From positions 32,001 to 96,000 of IMG/VR virus record IMGVR_UViG_3300033463_000004: DNA of 64,000 nucleotides; one strand, given 5' to 3'. The position numbers were made by a program, and so were the translations under genes. Shown piece after piece: positions 10,196-19,500 of this stretch (its first letter is position 1; each line of letters opens with the position of its first letter). Source of the stretch: a virus. Taxonomy: Duplodnaviria > Caudoviricetes. The notes under the pieces are model-generated. The model worked only from the letters and a program-made list of their open reading frames with translations. It was not told the DNA's origin and did not search any database.

Positions 10196-11074
10196 TCACT
10201 GATCTTCAGGAGTTGGTGTTGGTACTTGTGAAAGAACATCAACAACGTACTGCTCACATGGTGATTTTTCTTCTGCATTCGACATGAAATCAGATATTGC
10301 AAAGTCTGCAATAAGATACATACCAAGTACAATATACTTGTCTCCAAGTATATCAACATTTGAAAGCATGATATCGATCAGATCCAACAGATTGAATGGA
10401 CACGGACATTTATCTGACAGATAAAATTCGCAAACCTTCTTTTCCATCGGAGCAAAGAATAACATATCTTCACGATATTTGTTAATCTTATTATCATTGA
10501 ATTTCTTCGTATGAAGATAATTCTTAATATCATTCAATGTGATATTTTCAACAATGTATTCAATCATTGGTGTCATATTCGAAAAGATTTGAATACGAAT
10601 CTTTTCAATTTGCTCAATGTATTTATACACTGCCCAATAGATGAACACGTCGTCAACAATATCATCCATTGTTGCCTCACCGTTTACCAATGCCATGATA
10701 ACCGGATGTGTTTCATTGAAATCTGACCGGATACGTTCTTCGGTAATACGATTCTTGATACGTTCATACTCGGGAACAATTCTGTTTACAACGAACAAAC
10801 GTTGTTTCATAAGATCAGCCGGGTCAATTTCGTCCGGTGTTTCTTTTGGTTCGATGTCACTCGGGATAAATGCATCGATTGGAGATGTTTCAAGTTCAAT
10901 ATCCGATGTAAATGTTTTGTATTCTTCATCAAACATCTTACGATCAAGAATATGATGGCGTCCATTCAACATTCTGACATTTTGAAAGAATACATTACAT
11001 GCAGAGATTTGAACTCGGTGTGTTTCAAAGAGTTTTGTGAACTCATTGATTTTCGATTGCGGGATTTTGAACAT
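10196..11074 (-). CDS. hypothetical protein
   Basis: Long ORF; start placed at MFKIPQ (11074) behind GGAAGGAAG rather than at 11173. Confidence 0.7.
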   Translation of the reverse strand: MFKIPQSKINEFTKLFETHRVQISACNVFFQNVRMLNGRHHILDRKMFDEEYKTFTSDIELETSPIDAFIPSDIEPKETPDEIDPADLMKQRLFVVNRIVPEYERIKNRITEERIRSDFNETHPVIMALVNGEATMDDIVDDVFIYWAVYKYIEQIEKIRIQIFSNMTPMIEYIVENITLNDIKNYLHTKKFNDNKINKYREDMLFFAPMEKKVCEFYLSDKCPCPFNLLDLIDIMLSNVDILGDKYIVLGMYLIADFAISDFMSNAEEKSPCEQYVVDVLSQVPTPTPEDQ

Positions 11075-11249
11075 CCGAATCTTCCTTCCATTGTAGATTT
11101 TGCTGTGGATAACGTTGTGCATAGTATTGCTCTCTGATAGGTTGATAATTATCAACCACGAAAGCAATTCCATTTTTTTCTATATGCACATGAACGAACA
11201 AGTCCAGTCGTGTAAACTGGACTTGTCCGAAAGATGAAGCATTGATCAT
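11043..11249 (-). CDS. small hypothetical protein
   Basis: 68 aa, GAAAGGAA RBS upstream of ATG 11249, overlaps the next start. Confidence 0.55.
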   Translation of the reverse strand: MINASSFGQVQFTRLDLFVHVHIEKNGIAFVVDNYQPIREQYYAQRYPQQNLQWKEDSDVQNPAIENQ

Positions 11250-11282
11250 TCTTTATTTAGTTCCTTTCATATGGATTTCCCA

Positions 11283-11519
11283 TTAAGAAAGTTCATCGAC
11301 CAAGTCATCAATTGCCGAAGTGTTCAAAACTTGATGGGCGTTACGAATGGAATCATTATAACTCATTTGAGAACCATGATTTGTATTCGTTGACGCCATC
11401 TGTTGTTGATGTTGTTCCATTTGGCGCCGTTTCTGGAACCGTCGGAGTTCTCGGAGTCTGTTTACAAACTTGCGCGGCATTTGTAAGAGCGTATCAATTG
11501 GGATACACCGATTGAACAA
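11283..11519 (-). CDS. tail/baseplate assembly chaperone C-terminal ORF (possible -1 frameshift extension of the upstream gene)
   Basis: TTG start with no clear RBS. The frame is open back to 11615, overlapping the upstream gene. IPIDTLLQMPRKFVNRL resembles gpGT/gp51-type C-terminal parts. Confidence 0.5.
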   Translation of the reverse strand: MFNRCIPIDTLLQMPRKFVNRLRELRRFQKRRQMEQHQQQMASTNTNHGSQMSYNDSIRNAHQVLNTSAIDDLVDELS

Positions 11520-11533
11520 TTCGCCGAGTTCAA

Positions 11534-13285
11534 TCAGCTCTGCTCCATCTCTGTCAAGTTTATTGCGGTAGACGACAGCCTCTGAGATAGCTGGAAAAGC
11601 AAGGACTGACCAACGTCAGGAATCATGATACGTTTTTCATGACGACCACACTTTTCACATGTGACATCCTCGATATAAAACTGAATCGGGTCACGAGTTT
11701 CTTCAGCAACTTGCTTGATTAATGAGAAGAGAATACCAGCATCATTCATGTCGAGTGATGTTGTGATGATTTTCTCAATATCTTCCCAGTTTGTATAACG
11801 GTATGTCTGACCATCAACAACCTTGGAGATTGCAGTAATGAACAATGCCTGGAACAACAGGTATCCATATTCTGCATTGTTGGATTCGTCGAAGTCTTCA
11901 TCACTCTGGTTTTCGCTCTTAAACCGCTCGCGAAGTTCATCCATTAACGGATATCTACGATTCAAGAAATCATATGCAGACGGACGTGCTTCAATCTCAA
12001 CAAGATACTTTGTATGCGGAAGTTCATACATTTTGATTGTTGAATTGATTTTATTAAAGTGCTCGATTGCAGGTTTACCAGGAGCAACAGAACCGGTCAC
12101 TTTGTATTCATGCTGGTTTGCAAGCTCATCATTGATGTGGATAATCTTCTGAGGAATATACTTGATCTCATGTGGTTCGCGACATTTCGGGTTACCACAA
12201 ACAACCGTTGCAGTTTCCACATCATCAGATGCAGAAAGCAGAATACCCCACATCAGCAATTCACGGTCAGCATACTTTGTTTTCTTCAGGAAGTCTTCAA
12301 AGTTTGCAAAATCACCGATTGATACATTCGTGATGTGCTTATAGATAATAGACCATTGTTTCTTATCCATATCAACACGATTTCCAGAAGTCGGTTCAGA
12401 AGACAACTGAATGAATTCCCAATAACTGAGAGGAGTCAAGCAGCATCTGTAACCAGACAACGGCAATGCCAACGGAACAGAATTTGCCGTCGACTTGAAA
12501 GGAGTGATAATGTCATTACGTTGTGAATTCAATACGACTTTTGCAGTACGCATTTCTTCTTGTGTGGTTTTAATCACACGGACATTCACACGTTGCTCTT
12601 CTGACATATCCTTCACAAGATTCTCATCAATGTTCACAGTGACATCACTTACACCTGCATCAACATGAATATTGATTTCAGGAGTCGGTTCTGGAGCAGC
12701 AATAGCCGTGTCAGTTGCCGCTTCAATTGCTTCCTGTGTTTCAGCTGCTTCTTTCGCAGCTTCTTGGTCGATATTATTACCGTCATCATATCGCCAATAC
12801 TTTTTGATGATAGCGCAGAATTCATCAGTAATTTCTTCGCCATTCATCTCATAGTATTCAATAAGATCACCCATCGCTTTGCGACGATAATTGACATCAT
12901 TACCAACTTCTTCAGGAATTCCACCACCAGTGATACCCATCTTGGCAATCGCTTTCTGAATCATGTCACCAACAATATCCAGTTTGTTACCTTGGAATTC
13001 AATTGCATCCTTTTGGAATTTTGGATCCAAAGATTGTGGAGGTAACTGGACAGTCGGTTTGATTGCTTCAGCTGCTTCAGCAAGTTCCTGTTGATGTGCC
13101 TTCCGTGCTTCTTCACGTGCAGCATCTTCCGCAGCCATTTCGTTTGCTTGATCATTTACACCGAATATATCCTCTTCTTCAGGGGCATCAGCCGGTGCAG
13201 CCGGTGTTTCATTGGGATTCATAATTGATTCATTGCGTGCCATCAGTTCCTCTAATGGATCAATGAACTGCTTGTCATCAGCCAT
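11534..13285 (-). CDS. baseplate hub assembly / tail assembly chaperone protein with Zn-binding Cys pairs
   Basis: 583 aa, AAAGGAG RBS, acidic N-terminus. LPLSGY, DRELL..GI, CGNPKC and CEKCG form a T4 gp26-like pattern. Confidence 0.55.
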   Translation of the reverse strand: MADDKQFIDPLEELMARNESIMNPNETPAAPADAPEEEDIFGVNDQANEMAAEDAAREEARKAHQQELAEAAEAIKPTVQLPPQSLDPKFQKDAIEFQGNKLDIVGDMIQKAIAKMGITGGGIPEEVGNDVNYRRKAMGDLIEYYEMNGEEITDEFCAIIKKYWRYDDGNNIDQEAAKEAAETQEAIEAATDTAIAAPEPTPEINIHVDAGVSDVTVNIDENLVKDMSEEQRVNVRVIKTTQEEMRTAKVVLNSQRNDIITPFKSTANSVPLALPLSGYRCCLTPLSYWEFIQLSSEPTSGNRVDMDKKQWSIIYKHITNVSIGDFANFEDFLKKTKYADRELLMWGILLSASDDVETATVVCGNPKCREPHEIKYIPQKIIHINDELANQHEYKVTGSVAPGKPAIEHFNKINSTIKMYELPHTKYLVEIEARPSAYDFLNRRYPLMDELRERFKSENQSDEDFDESNNAEYGYLLFQALFITAISKVVDGQTYRYTNWEDIEKIITTSLDMNDAGILFSLIKQVAEETRDPIQFYIEDVTCEKCGRHEKRIMIPDVGQSLLFQLSQRLSSTAINLTEMEQS

Positions 13286-13322
13286 TTTTCATACTCCTTT
13301 TTGAGAAAAATTTTTCAAACAG

Positions 13323-13336
13323 AAATGTATATCATT
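13323..13336 (+). promoter_or_regulatory. putative early promoter AAATGTATATCATT
   Basis: Motif match, followed by hairpin CATACGGG-AATAA-CTCTGTATG. Confidence 0.5.
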
Positions 13337-13388
13337 GAAATGACATACGGGAATAACTCTGTATGAAATTATAAAGGGAGTATATGAT

Positions 13389-14111
13389 ATGATTTTATTT
13401 AATCGAGAAAATCTTCCGGAAATGTATTCAAAAGCATTGTGGATGAATCCGGATATTGAATATGTGTTCCATAAAACTATTGTTGAATATGACATGCAGC
13501 AAGCATCTTTATCAGTATCACGTCGTTTCCATTTAATACCGGATAATGAATTAGATATTTTGGTTCGAATGCCAAAAGAAAAACGAACACGTGAAATTGG
13601 TTTACGCCAAAGAGACGATAAAGAATTTTCAGAAAATATGATCAATGGTGTTTTACAAACCAGAAAAGAATTCATCGATGAAAATCATTTAACCGAAAAT
13701 GAAATTGTTACATTACATTCAGATGCGTTAATGTTTATTCAAAAGCATAAAATAAAAGATAACATAGATGGTGTGCAATTCATTCATAAAAATACATGGA
13801 CATCATATATACGATATGGACGAGTCGAAATGTTCTACGTGGATGGTACGATTGAATATAAAGGTATACCGAAACAAATGTTACAACAGCATACATTGGG
13901 AATGAACCAATATTTGTTGACAATCTTTAAAATGGTTGAAGATTATAACGATGACGTGTATCGTTATATATCACATTTCCAAAAAATGTATTTACAGGAT
14001 AAATTACCGGAGTATTATTATATTCCATTTGGGAATACGGGTAAACAAAAAGTCGAGAATCTGAAATTATTATCATTCATTGCAAAAATTGTAATGCATG
14101 AAATGAGGTGA
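13389..14111 (+). CDS. minimal DNA-polymerase palm-like protein
   Basis: 240 aa; motif A-like IVEYDMQQA, motif C-like TLHSDALMF, later YKG; AAAGGGAG RBS. Confidence 0.45.
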   Translation: MILFNRENLPEMYSKALWMNPDIEYVFHKTIVEYDMQQASLSVSRRFHLIPDNELDILVRMPKEKRTREIGLRQRDDKEFSENMINGVLQTRKEFIDENHLTENEIVTLHSDALMFIQKHKIKDNIDGVQFIHKNTWTSYIRYGRVEMFYVDGTIEYKGIPKQMLQQHTLGMNQYLLTIFKMVEDYNDDVYRYISHFQKMYLQDKLPEYYYIPFGNTGKQKVENLKLLSFIAKIVMHEMR

Positions 14112-14118
14112 TGATATA

Positions 14119-14775
14119 ATGTATGAATTTTCATGGAGACCAATCAATTGGGGTCCCGAAGATGAAAAAACTGGTGTGAATGCACGAATATTTGTGCAAA
14201 CTCTTGACAAAAATATGATGGATTTATTTTTAATCCAACATGGATTTGATCCAAAAAATGCAGATGTTAAAATAACATCGGATGACGATTATTCGGATGA
14301 CGATATGATTACATTGAAGATATTTAGAGTTGGATCTAGAAAACGGGATAAGATATATCAGATTGCAACAACAACGGAGATTGTTATGGAAATTATATCC
14401 ACAATCAGTGTTGAGTTACTAGATACAATGTCATTTGGTGCATGTGCATTAAAAGGAGAAATCGAATTATTCAATCGCGTTCAATCATTGATTGAAAAGT
14501 TAGATTATGTTTATATCAGAGAAACAAATCCGGGATTCTTGGAAAATATGGATGAAGATGCATACGCATACAGATATCCCGGTTATCCTGGATATCCCTC
14601 ATCGTATGAGGAACTATCTCGAGATGATGATATTGATGCATTAACGGAATCATTATATAACGCAGCAAATTGGACAACAGATGGTATACAACCATTTACA
14701 ATAGAATCGTATATATCAATATTCACAAGTGATTATCTTTTAGGAAAGGTGACGAAAACACATGGCTACCAATAA
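14119..14775 (+). CDS. hypothetical acidic protein
   Basis: 218 aa, GAGGTGA RBS. Confidence 0.75.
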   Translation: MYEFSWRPINWGPEDEKTGVNARIFVQTLDKNMMDLFLIQHGFDPKNADVKITSDDDYSDDDMITLKIFRVGSRKRDKIYQIATTTEIVMEIISTISVELLDTMSFGACALKGEIELFNRVQSLIEKLDYVYIRETNPGFLENMDEDAYAYRYPGYPGYPSSYEELSRDDDIDALTESLYNAANWTTDGIQPFTIESYISIFTSDYLLGKVTKTHGYQ

Positions 14776-15163
14776 AAAGGAATTATCATTACAGGAATTG
14801 GTCGAATCTCATCGACCAAAGAATTTTAAATATTATTTTTATTTTCATAATCCAGATGATGTTGTTGAATTAGAGAAGAATGGATTCGATGTGACATTAC
14901 TTGACACAATTTGCAATCCGGAATTAATTCAAGCAGCAAAACAAGCAACGTTTAAATATTATGAACGCGATATAGTCGCACATGCAAAAGAACCAACGAT
15001 ACTTGAAAAAGGTGTAATCATGACAAAACAAATGGCAACAAAAACAGACAAAAAATTATCACAAGTTGGTGTTGCATTTTTCTCATTGATGAATGTGGAA
15101 TATGTTGCTGTCAAATTATGCTATGATAAATTTGACATATATGAGATATTTATTTTGACATAA
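14762..15163 (+). CDS. hypothetical protein
   Basis: 133 aa, AAAGGTGA RBS, overlaps the upstream stop. Confidence 0.75.
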   Translation: MATNKKELSLQELVESHRPKNFKYYFYFHNPDDVVELEKNGFDVTLLDTICNPELIQAAKQATFKYYERDIVAHAKEPTILEKGVIMTKQMATKTDKKLSQVGVAFFSLMNVEYVAVKLCYDKFDIYEIFILT

Positions 15164-15165
15164 TT

Positions 15166-15189
15166 AAGGTGGGGCAAACACCCCACCTT
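15166..15189. terminator. intrinsic terminator
   Basis: AAGGTGGGG CAAACA CCCCACCTT followed by T-rich sequence. Confidence 0.75.
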
Positions 15190-15203
15190 TTCTTTGTTCT
15201 TAT

Positions 15204-15386
15204 AATGAATAAAATGAGACCCATGAAGAACTTACGTCACCACAGGAGGTGACGATCATGTCTGAAATCGTTATTATACGGATTCCTCAAGGAACAGAGA
15301 TCATTTGTGAGTAACGTTCACAAATAAAACACAAACCACCATCTACAACTTAGGTGATATACTTCATGGATCTCATTTTATTCATT
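15204..15386. ncRNA. structured element closed by a 25-bp inverted repeat (candidate sRNA or structured mRNA for an 18-aa peptide)
   Basis: AATGAATAAAATGAGACCCATGAAG (15204-15228) pairs with CTTCATGGATCTCATTTTATTCATT (15362-15386) with 1 mismatch. Internal hairpin CGTCACC-ACAGGA-GGTGACG. Lies alone between two terminators. Confidence 0.5.
15258..15314 (+). CDS. possible 18-aa micro-peptide MSEIVIIRIPQGTEIICE
   Basis: Perfect AGGAGGTGA RBS upstream of the ATG, but the RBS is partly sequestered in a hairpin. Confidence 0.3.
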   Translation: MSEIVIIRIPQGTEIICE

Positions 15387-15411
15387 GTATCAAAGTTATT
15401 ACAATATAAAA

Positions 15412-15441
15412 TATACATGGGGGCATATGCCCCCATGTATA
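15412..15441. terminator. bidirectional terminator
   Basis: TATACATGGGGGC ATAT GCCCCCATGTATA followed by a T-run. Confidence 0.8.
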
Positions 15442-15459
15442 CTTCTTTTTTTTGTACAA

Positions 15460-16566
15460 TTAGCCCGGTGCAGCATCTGATGCATACGGATTCGAGATAT
15501 CCGTATAAGAACCTTCCGGAGTATTGTAGATCTTGGAGTGATCGCTCGGTGTAAGAACGGTCTCCGGTTTTGCCTGACGTGCGATGCGTTGATTGTTCGT
15601 ACGGAATACCGGAATGTTTCCGACTCCAGACTGAACAGCATCGAGGTCCGGTCTCTTGCCTTTGTTGAACATATCGGTGTTGATATCTCCATATGTGGTA
15701 GGATTCGTATCGGTGAAGAATGCGTCTCCAGCACCAGGGTTGTAGTTCATCTTGTTTCCGAAGACAGCGAACTGCTGTACATATCTGGTCGCAAGATCGT
15801 TAACATATGCAGACTCAACGAACTGGCAGTTGTACTGCAACGTCAGAGTTTGTAGCTGAGAAGTACCAGAAGCGTTGGAATTGTAGATATCATATCCAAC
15901 CTTGCCGGACGGAATGCATCCGAGAGCCATCATAGCACCCTCAACACGTGCACCAGATCTGTCAAGTGCAATGATGAGGAACTCAGCAACTTCCCATGCA
16001 GGGGACGGCTCCAAAGCAACCGTGGATCCACCACCAGATGCCGGAGTAAAGATTCTTTGCGGAATCTTCTGTGCATCAACAGAACCAGCAACCAAACCAT
16101 GATAATGTGTGAGACCAGTGATCTCATCAGCAATACCATCAATCCACATATTATGGAAGTTTGCAGCCGGACGACCAACCAATTCAGGAATGGTAATCTG
16201 AAGTGACTGGTTGTTGTTTGCATTCTGCTGTGTCGGAATCGGAATACTTCTAGAAGCGAAGCCACCCTGCAGGTTTGTTGTCGCCAGTGAATGGTCACCA
16301 GCATTCACCGTGATACCAGTGTTATAGCATTCGATGAGTTTCTTGTACGTTGCGAACTCTTTGTTCGTATACGCATTTGAACCATCACCGAAATAGTGCA
16401 TCAGGAAATAAGGTCCACGATACATGACACAGATAACACGGTTTGTAGTCTCGGGGTTAAGACTCCGGAGTGTGTGAACATCCGGAGTCAAGCCGCCGAG
16501 CATACCTGTGTATTGTGAAAGGTCACCATTATATTCACGGATACCAGTTTGCAAGCTAATCGGCAT
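15460..16566 (-). CDS. tail tube protein
   Basis: 368 aa directly downstream of the sheath, same high-expression codon bias; LQITIPELVGRP....HNMWIDGIADEITG is a jumbo-phage tube-type signature. Confidence 0.7.
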   Translation of the reverse strand: MPISLQTGIREYNGDLSQYTGMLGGLTPDVHTLRSLNPETTNRVICVMYRGPYFLMHYFGDGSNAYTNKEFATYKKLIECYNTGITVNAGDHSLATTNLQGGFASRSIPIPTQQNANNNQSLQITIPELVGRPAANFHNMWIDGIADEITGLTHYHGLVAGSVDAQKIPQRIFTPASGGGSTVALEPSPAWEVAEFLIIALDRSGARVEGAMMALGCIPSGKVGYDIYNSNASGTSQLQTLTLQYNCQFVESAYVNDLATRYVQQFAVFGNKMNYNPGAGDAFFTDTNPTTYGDINTDMFNKGKRPDLDAVQSGVGNIPVFRTNNQRIARQAKPETVLTPSDHSKIYNTPEGSYTDISNPYASDAAPG

Positions 16567-16592
16567 AACTATTTCTCTCCTTTCTCAAAACA

Positions 16593-19500
16593 TTAGGTCG
16601 TTGTGACACGTCTGTTGACATTCACAATGACCGGGATACGGAGATTGATGCCACGGAATACAACGTCGACGTAGCAAACAATAAGTTCGCCACCATCAAG
16701 CGGATTGATGTCACGCTCGAAATGGATATCGAGACCATCAACAAGAGATCCAACCCAGTTGGTGAACATGTTTGTTACTTCATCCTGCATCGTTCTGAGG
16801 AAGGAATCATCGTTGTACTCGAAGAGCTTCTCATCGAGCTTGTTCTGGAGGATGTATACAAGCTGCGTGAGCGTTCTCATGTTGGACTCCTGAATCAGAT
16901 CGGAAGTATCCGAACCTCTCATCAGAGTTCTCTGAGAACGACGCATGATTGCACCATTCACATCCGGAATCCAAGCGTTACCGCCCGAATTGTACATAAG
17001 CTCACGATAATCCCAGTCAGTGGTGTCAATGTCCGGGAAGTAAGATACATACTCAGACCGATCAATCTTACTGTACGTGTTGACGAACGGCTTATTGACC
17101 GTGTAAGTCTGACAATGTCTGAAGAGATTGTCTGCAAGTCTCTTCACATAGGTGTACGGCAGTCCATCCACACTGGCGTACCAACCACCAATATCCCAAG
17201 AAGCATTCGGGTTATCGAAACGCTTGATGAAGGAATTGTTGATTGTCAATGCCATTTCAGCATCAGTAACACCAGAGTCAAGATGCAGCGACATGCCGGA
17301 ACCAGGACCAACTGGACGTTTATCCTCCGGAATACCAGAGTAGACACGGTAATCCATCAGATCATACATAGCCTGCTTAACATCGATTTCGCTGTTCTGT
17401 GCAGACCATCCAGCGGTCAGTTCAGGATTGAAGAGAACCTCATCCTTTTCATCTGCAGTGAAGATAGTTGAAGCAGCAATGAGATCAGCAGCACTGTAAG
17501 ACATCGACGGAAGTGCGGACTGACCAACAACAGTGTTCCAACCACCATCAAAGAGATACTTTGCAGGTACACGAGTCGGTGACATAATTCTCGGATCAAT
17601 CTGACCACGGAATGCCTTAACGAGCAGACGTGAGTATTCCCACTTGTACTCGATATCAGACATTTCAGCAGTACCATATTCATCAAAGAATCCAGTGTAA
17701 CCATCGTGAAGCTTCACATCAGAAGAAGAACTTGTCACGTTGATTCCATACGAAGACGAATAGTAATTCGCCGGAATCGTAACCTTGTTCATCTGAATAC
17801 GATACAGAGAACCAATCGTACCAGTTACAGTGTAACGGTTGATCAGAACTGCAGCACGTGCATCCTGTACCCAAGTGAAGTTTCCGGCAACGAAGTTCAA
17901 TGACAGACCACCAAGAACCCAACCATCTGCAACCTGAGGATCAGGAGCATCGGTCGGAACAGACGTATCAATCATCCATTCGCCGTTAGTATTTTGCTTA
18001 TACCAACGAAGAATCTGGTTCATGCCGGTGATACCTTCGAGCAGTGTGTATGCAGAACCATCACACTTATAGTACTTGATACTGGACGGATCAGTGAAGT
18101 CTCTGAAGACACTCCACTTAGATTCATCAGTTGTCTTGTCATACTTGTCATCCTCTGTCCAAGTATCCTTCGTGCGATAGAACTCACCTTCATGGAGATA
18201 ACCGTCATACACGTTCAATGCAACAAATGCTGCAAGACCACTGTTTTCGATTTCAGTTGCGTAGTAAGTTTTCGAAATCTCAGACTTTGTAATCTCAGAA
18301 AGTGTGATATCACCACCAGCAGATTGCTGAATCGGTGCGAAACGGAACCGGGTGCTTTCGGGAGTCCAACCAAGCGTGCGCTCCGGAGGAACGATTGTAC
18401 CAGTTGGTACATTCGAAATAGTAATAGCAACATATCCCTGTGCACTTGAATCAGTCTGAATACGATATGCTTCAGCCTTATCTTCAGAAACACAGAAAGC
18501 GTCATACTGCGTACCGACAACATCAGATGCAATAAGCGTCGTTGTAGTCGGCGGTGCACCGTACTTACGAATTGTAGTGAGGTTTCTATTCGCAACGGCA
18601 TAGGTGATTTCATGATCATCGGCATCTTTGTATCCAGAATTCACCCATACAGGTTCTGCTGTTGAAGTAGAGGAGATGTCAGCATCCAGATTGAAGCAAG
18701 TTGAACCAGCACGTTTGAATGCTTCACCCTTGGAACCACCCTCATATCTTTCAGAAGCAAGACCCACAACATTTCCAACATTATCCATGGTATCCCATGC
18801 GATGAAGTCGTATCTGTTGTTCTTGTTGTTCGCGATTGTTTCATCGAAATAGAGCATCAGCCACAGTTTGAAGTTAGCCTCACTCTCAAGATCAGAAACA
18901 TAAGTTCCAGCTTTTACCTTATCTGCAGATCCTTCCTTAACAAAGTACAGATCCCAAACGACAGTATCACCAGACGGGACAGCCCATGCAACGGTATCGC
19001 CATCTTTGACAAATCCCTTTGCAATCTTATCACGAACTTCTTTGACAAATGTCATCCGGTCTTTCGTTGCACATACAAATGCAAGCTTGGAGTCAACATC
19101 AGTACCAAGATCATTTCTGTAGAAATGCATCATGTTAGTTCTGACGGTTGTAACAGACTTGGTGTACTGGTTGATTCCAGTAACAATGTATACGAATGGA
19201 TTAGTATCAGAAGTGATACCAGCATACAGATACACATCACCAAGATATGTTGCTTTCGAATCAATGACACCAGATGCATCAGTACCAACCTTCTTAATAC
19301 CAGTTGTGATATTAATCAGGCTCTCAGAAACCTTTGCATCAACATTGATCGGATCTTCATTTGCATCAACCGGCTTACCTTCTGCATCAAGAGTTCCATT
19401 ATAGTATACTCTCTGAGATTCCGGAAGCTCCGGACGATCTGCCGTACGCATATCAACCTGGAAGAACGGAAGCAATGCGTTTGAATCCGTTCCGCCGTAG

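Noticed and set aside
11171-11180. Frameshift at the A7 run joining ORF 11043-11249 to ORF 10196-11173
   Set aside because: The downstream gene has its own plausible RBS and ATG at 11074, so two overlapping genes is the simpler explanation
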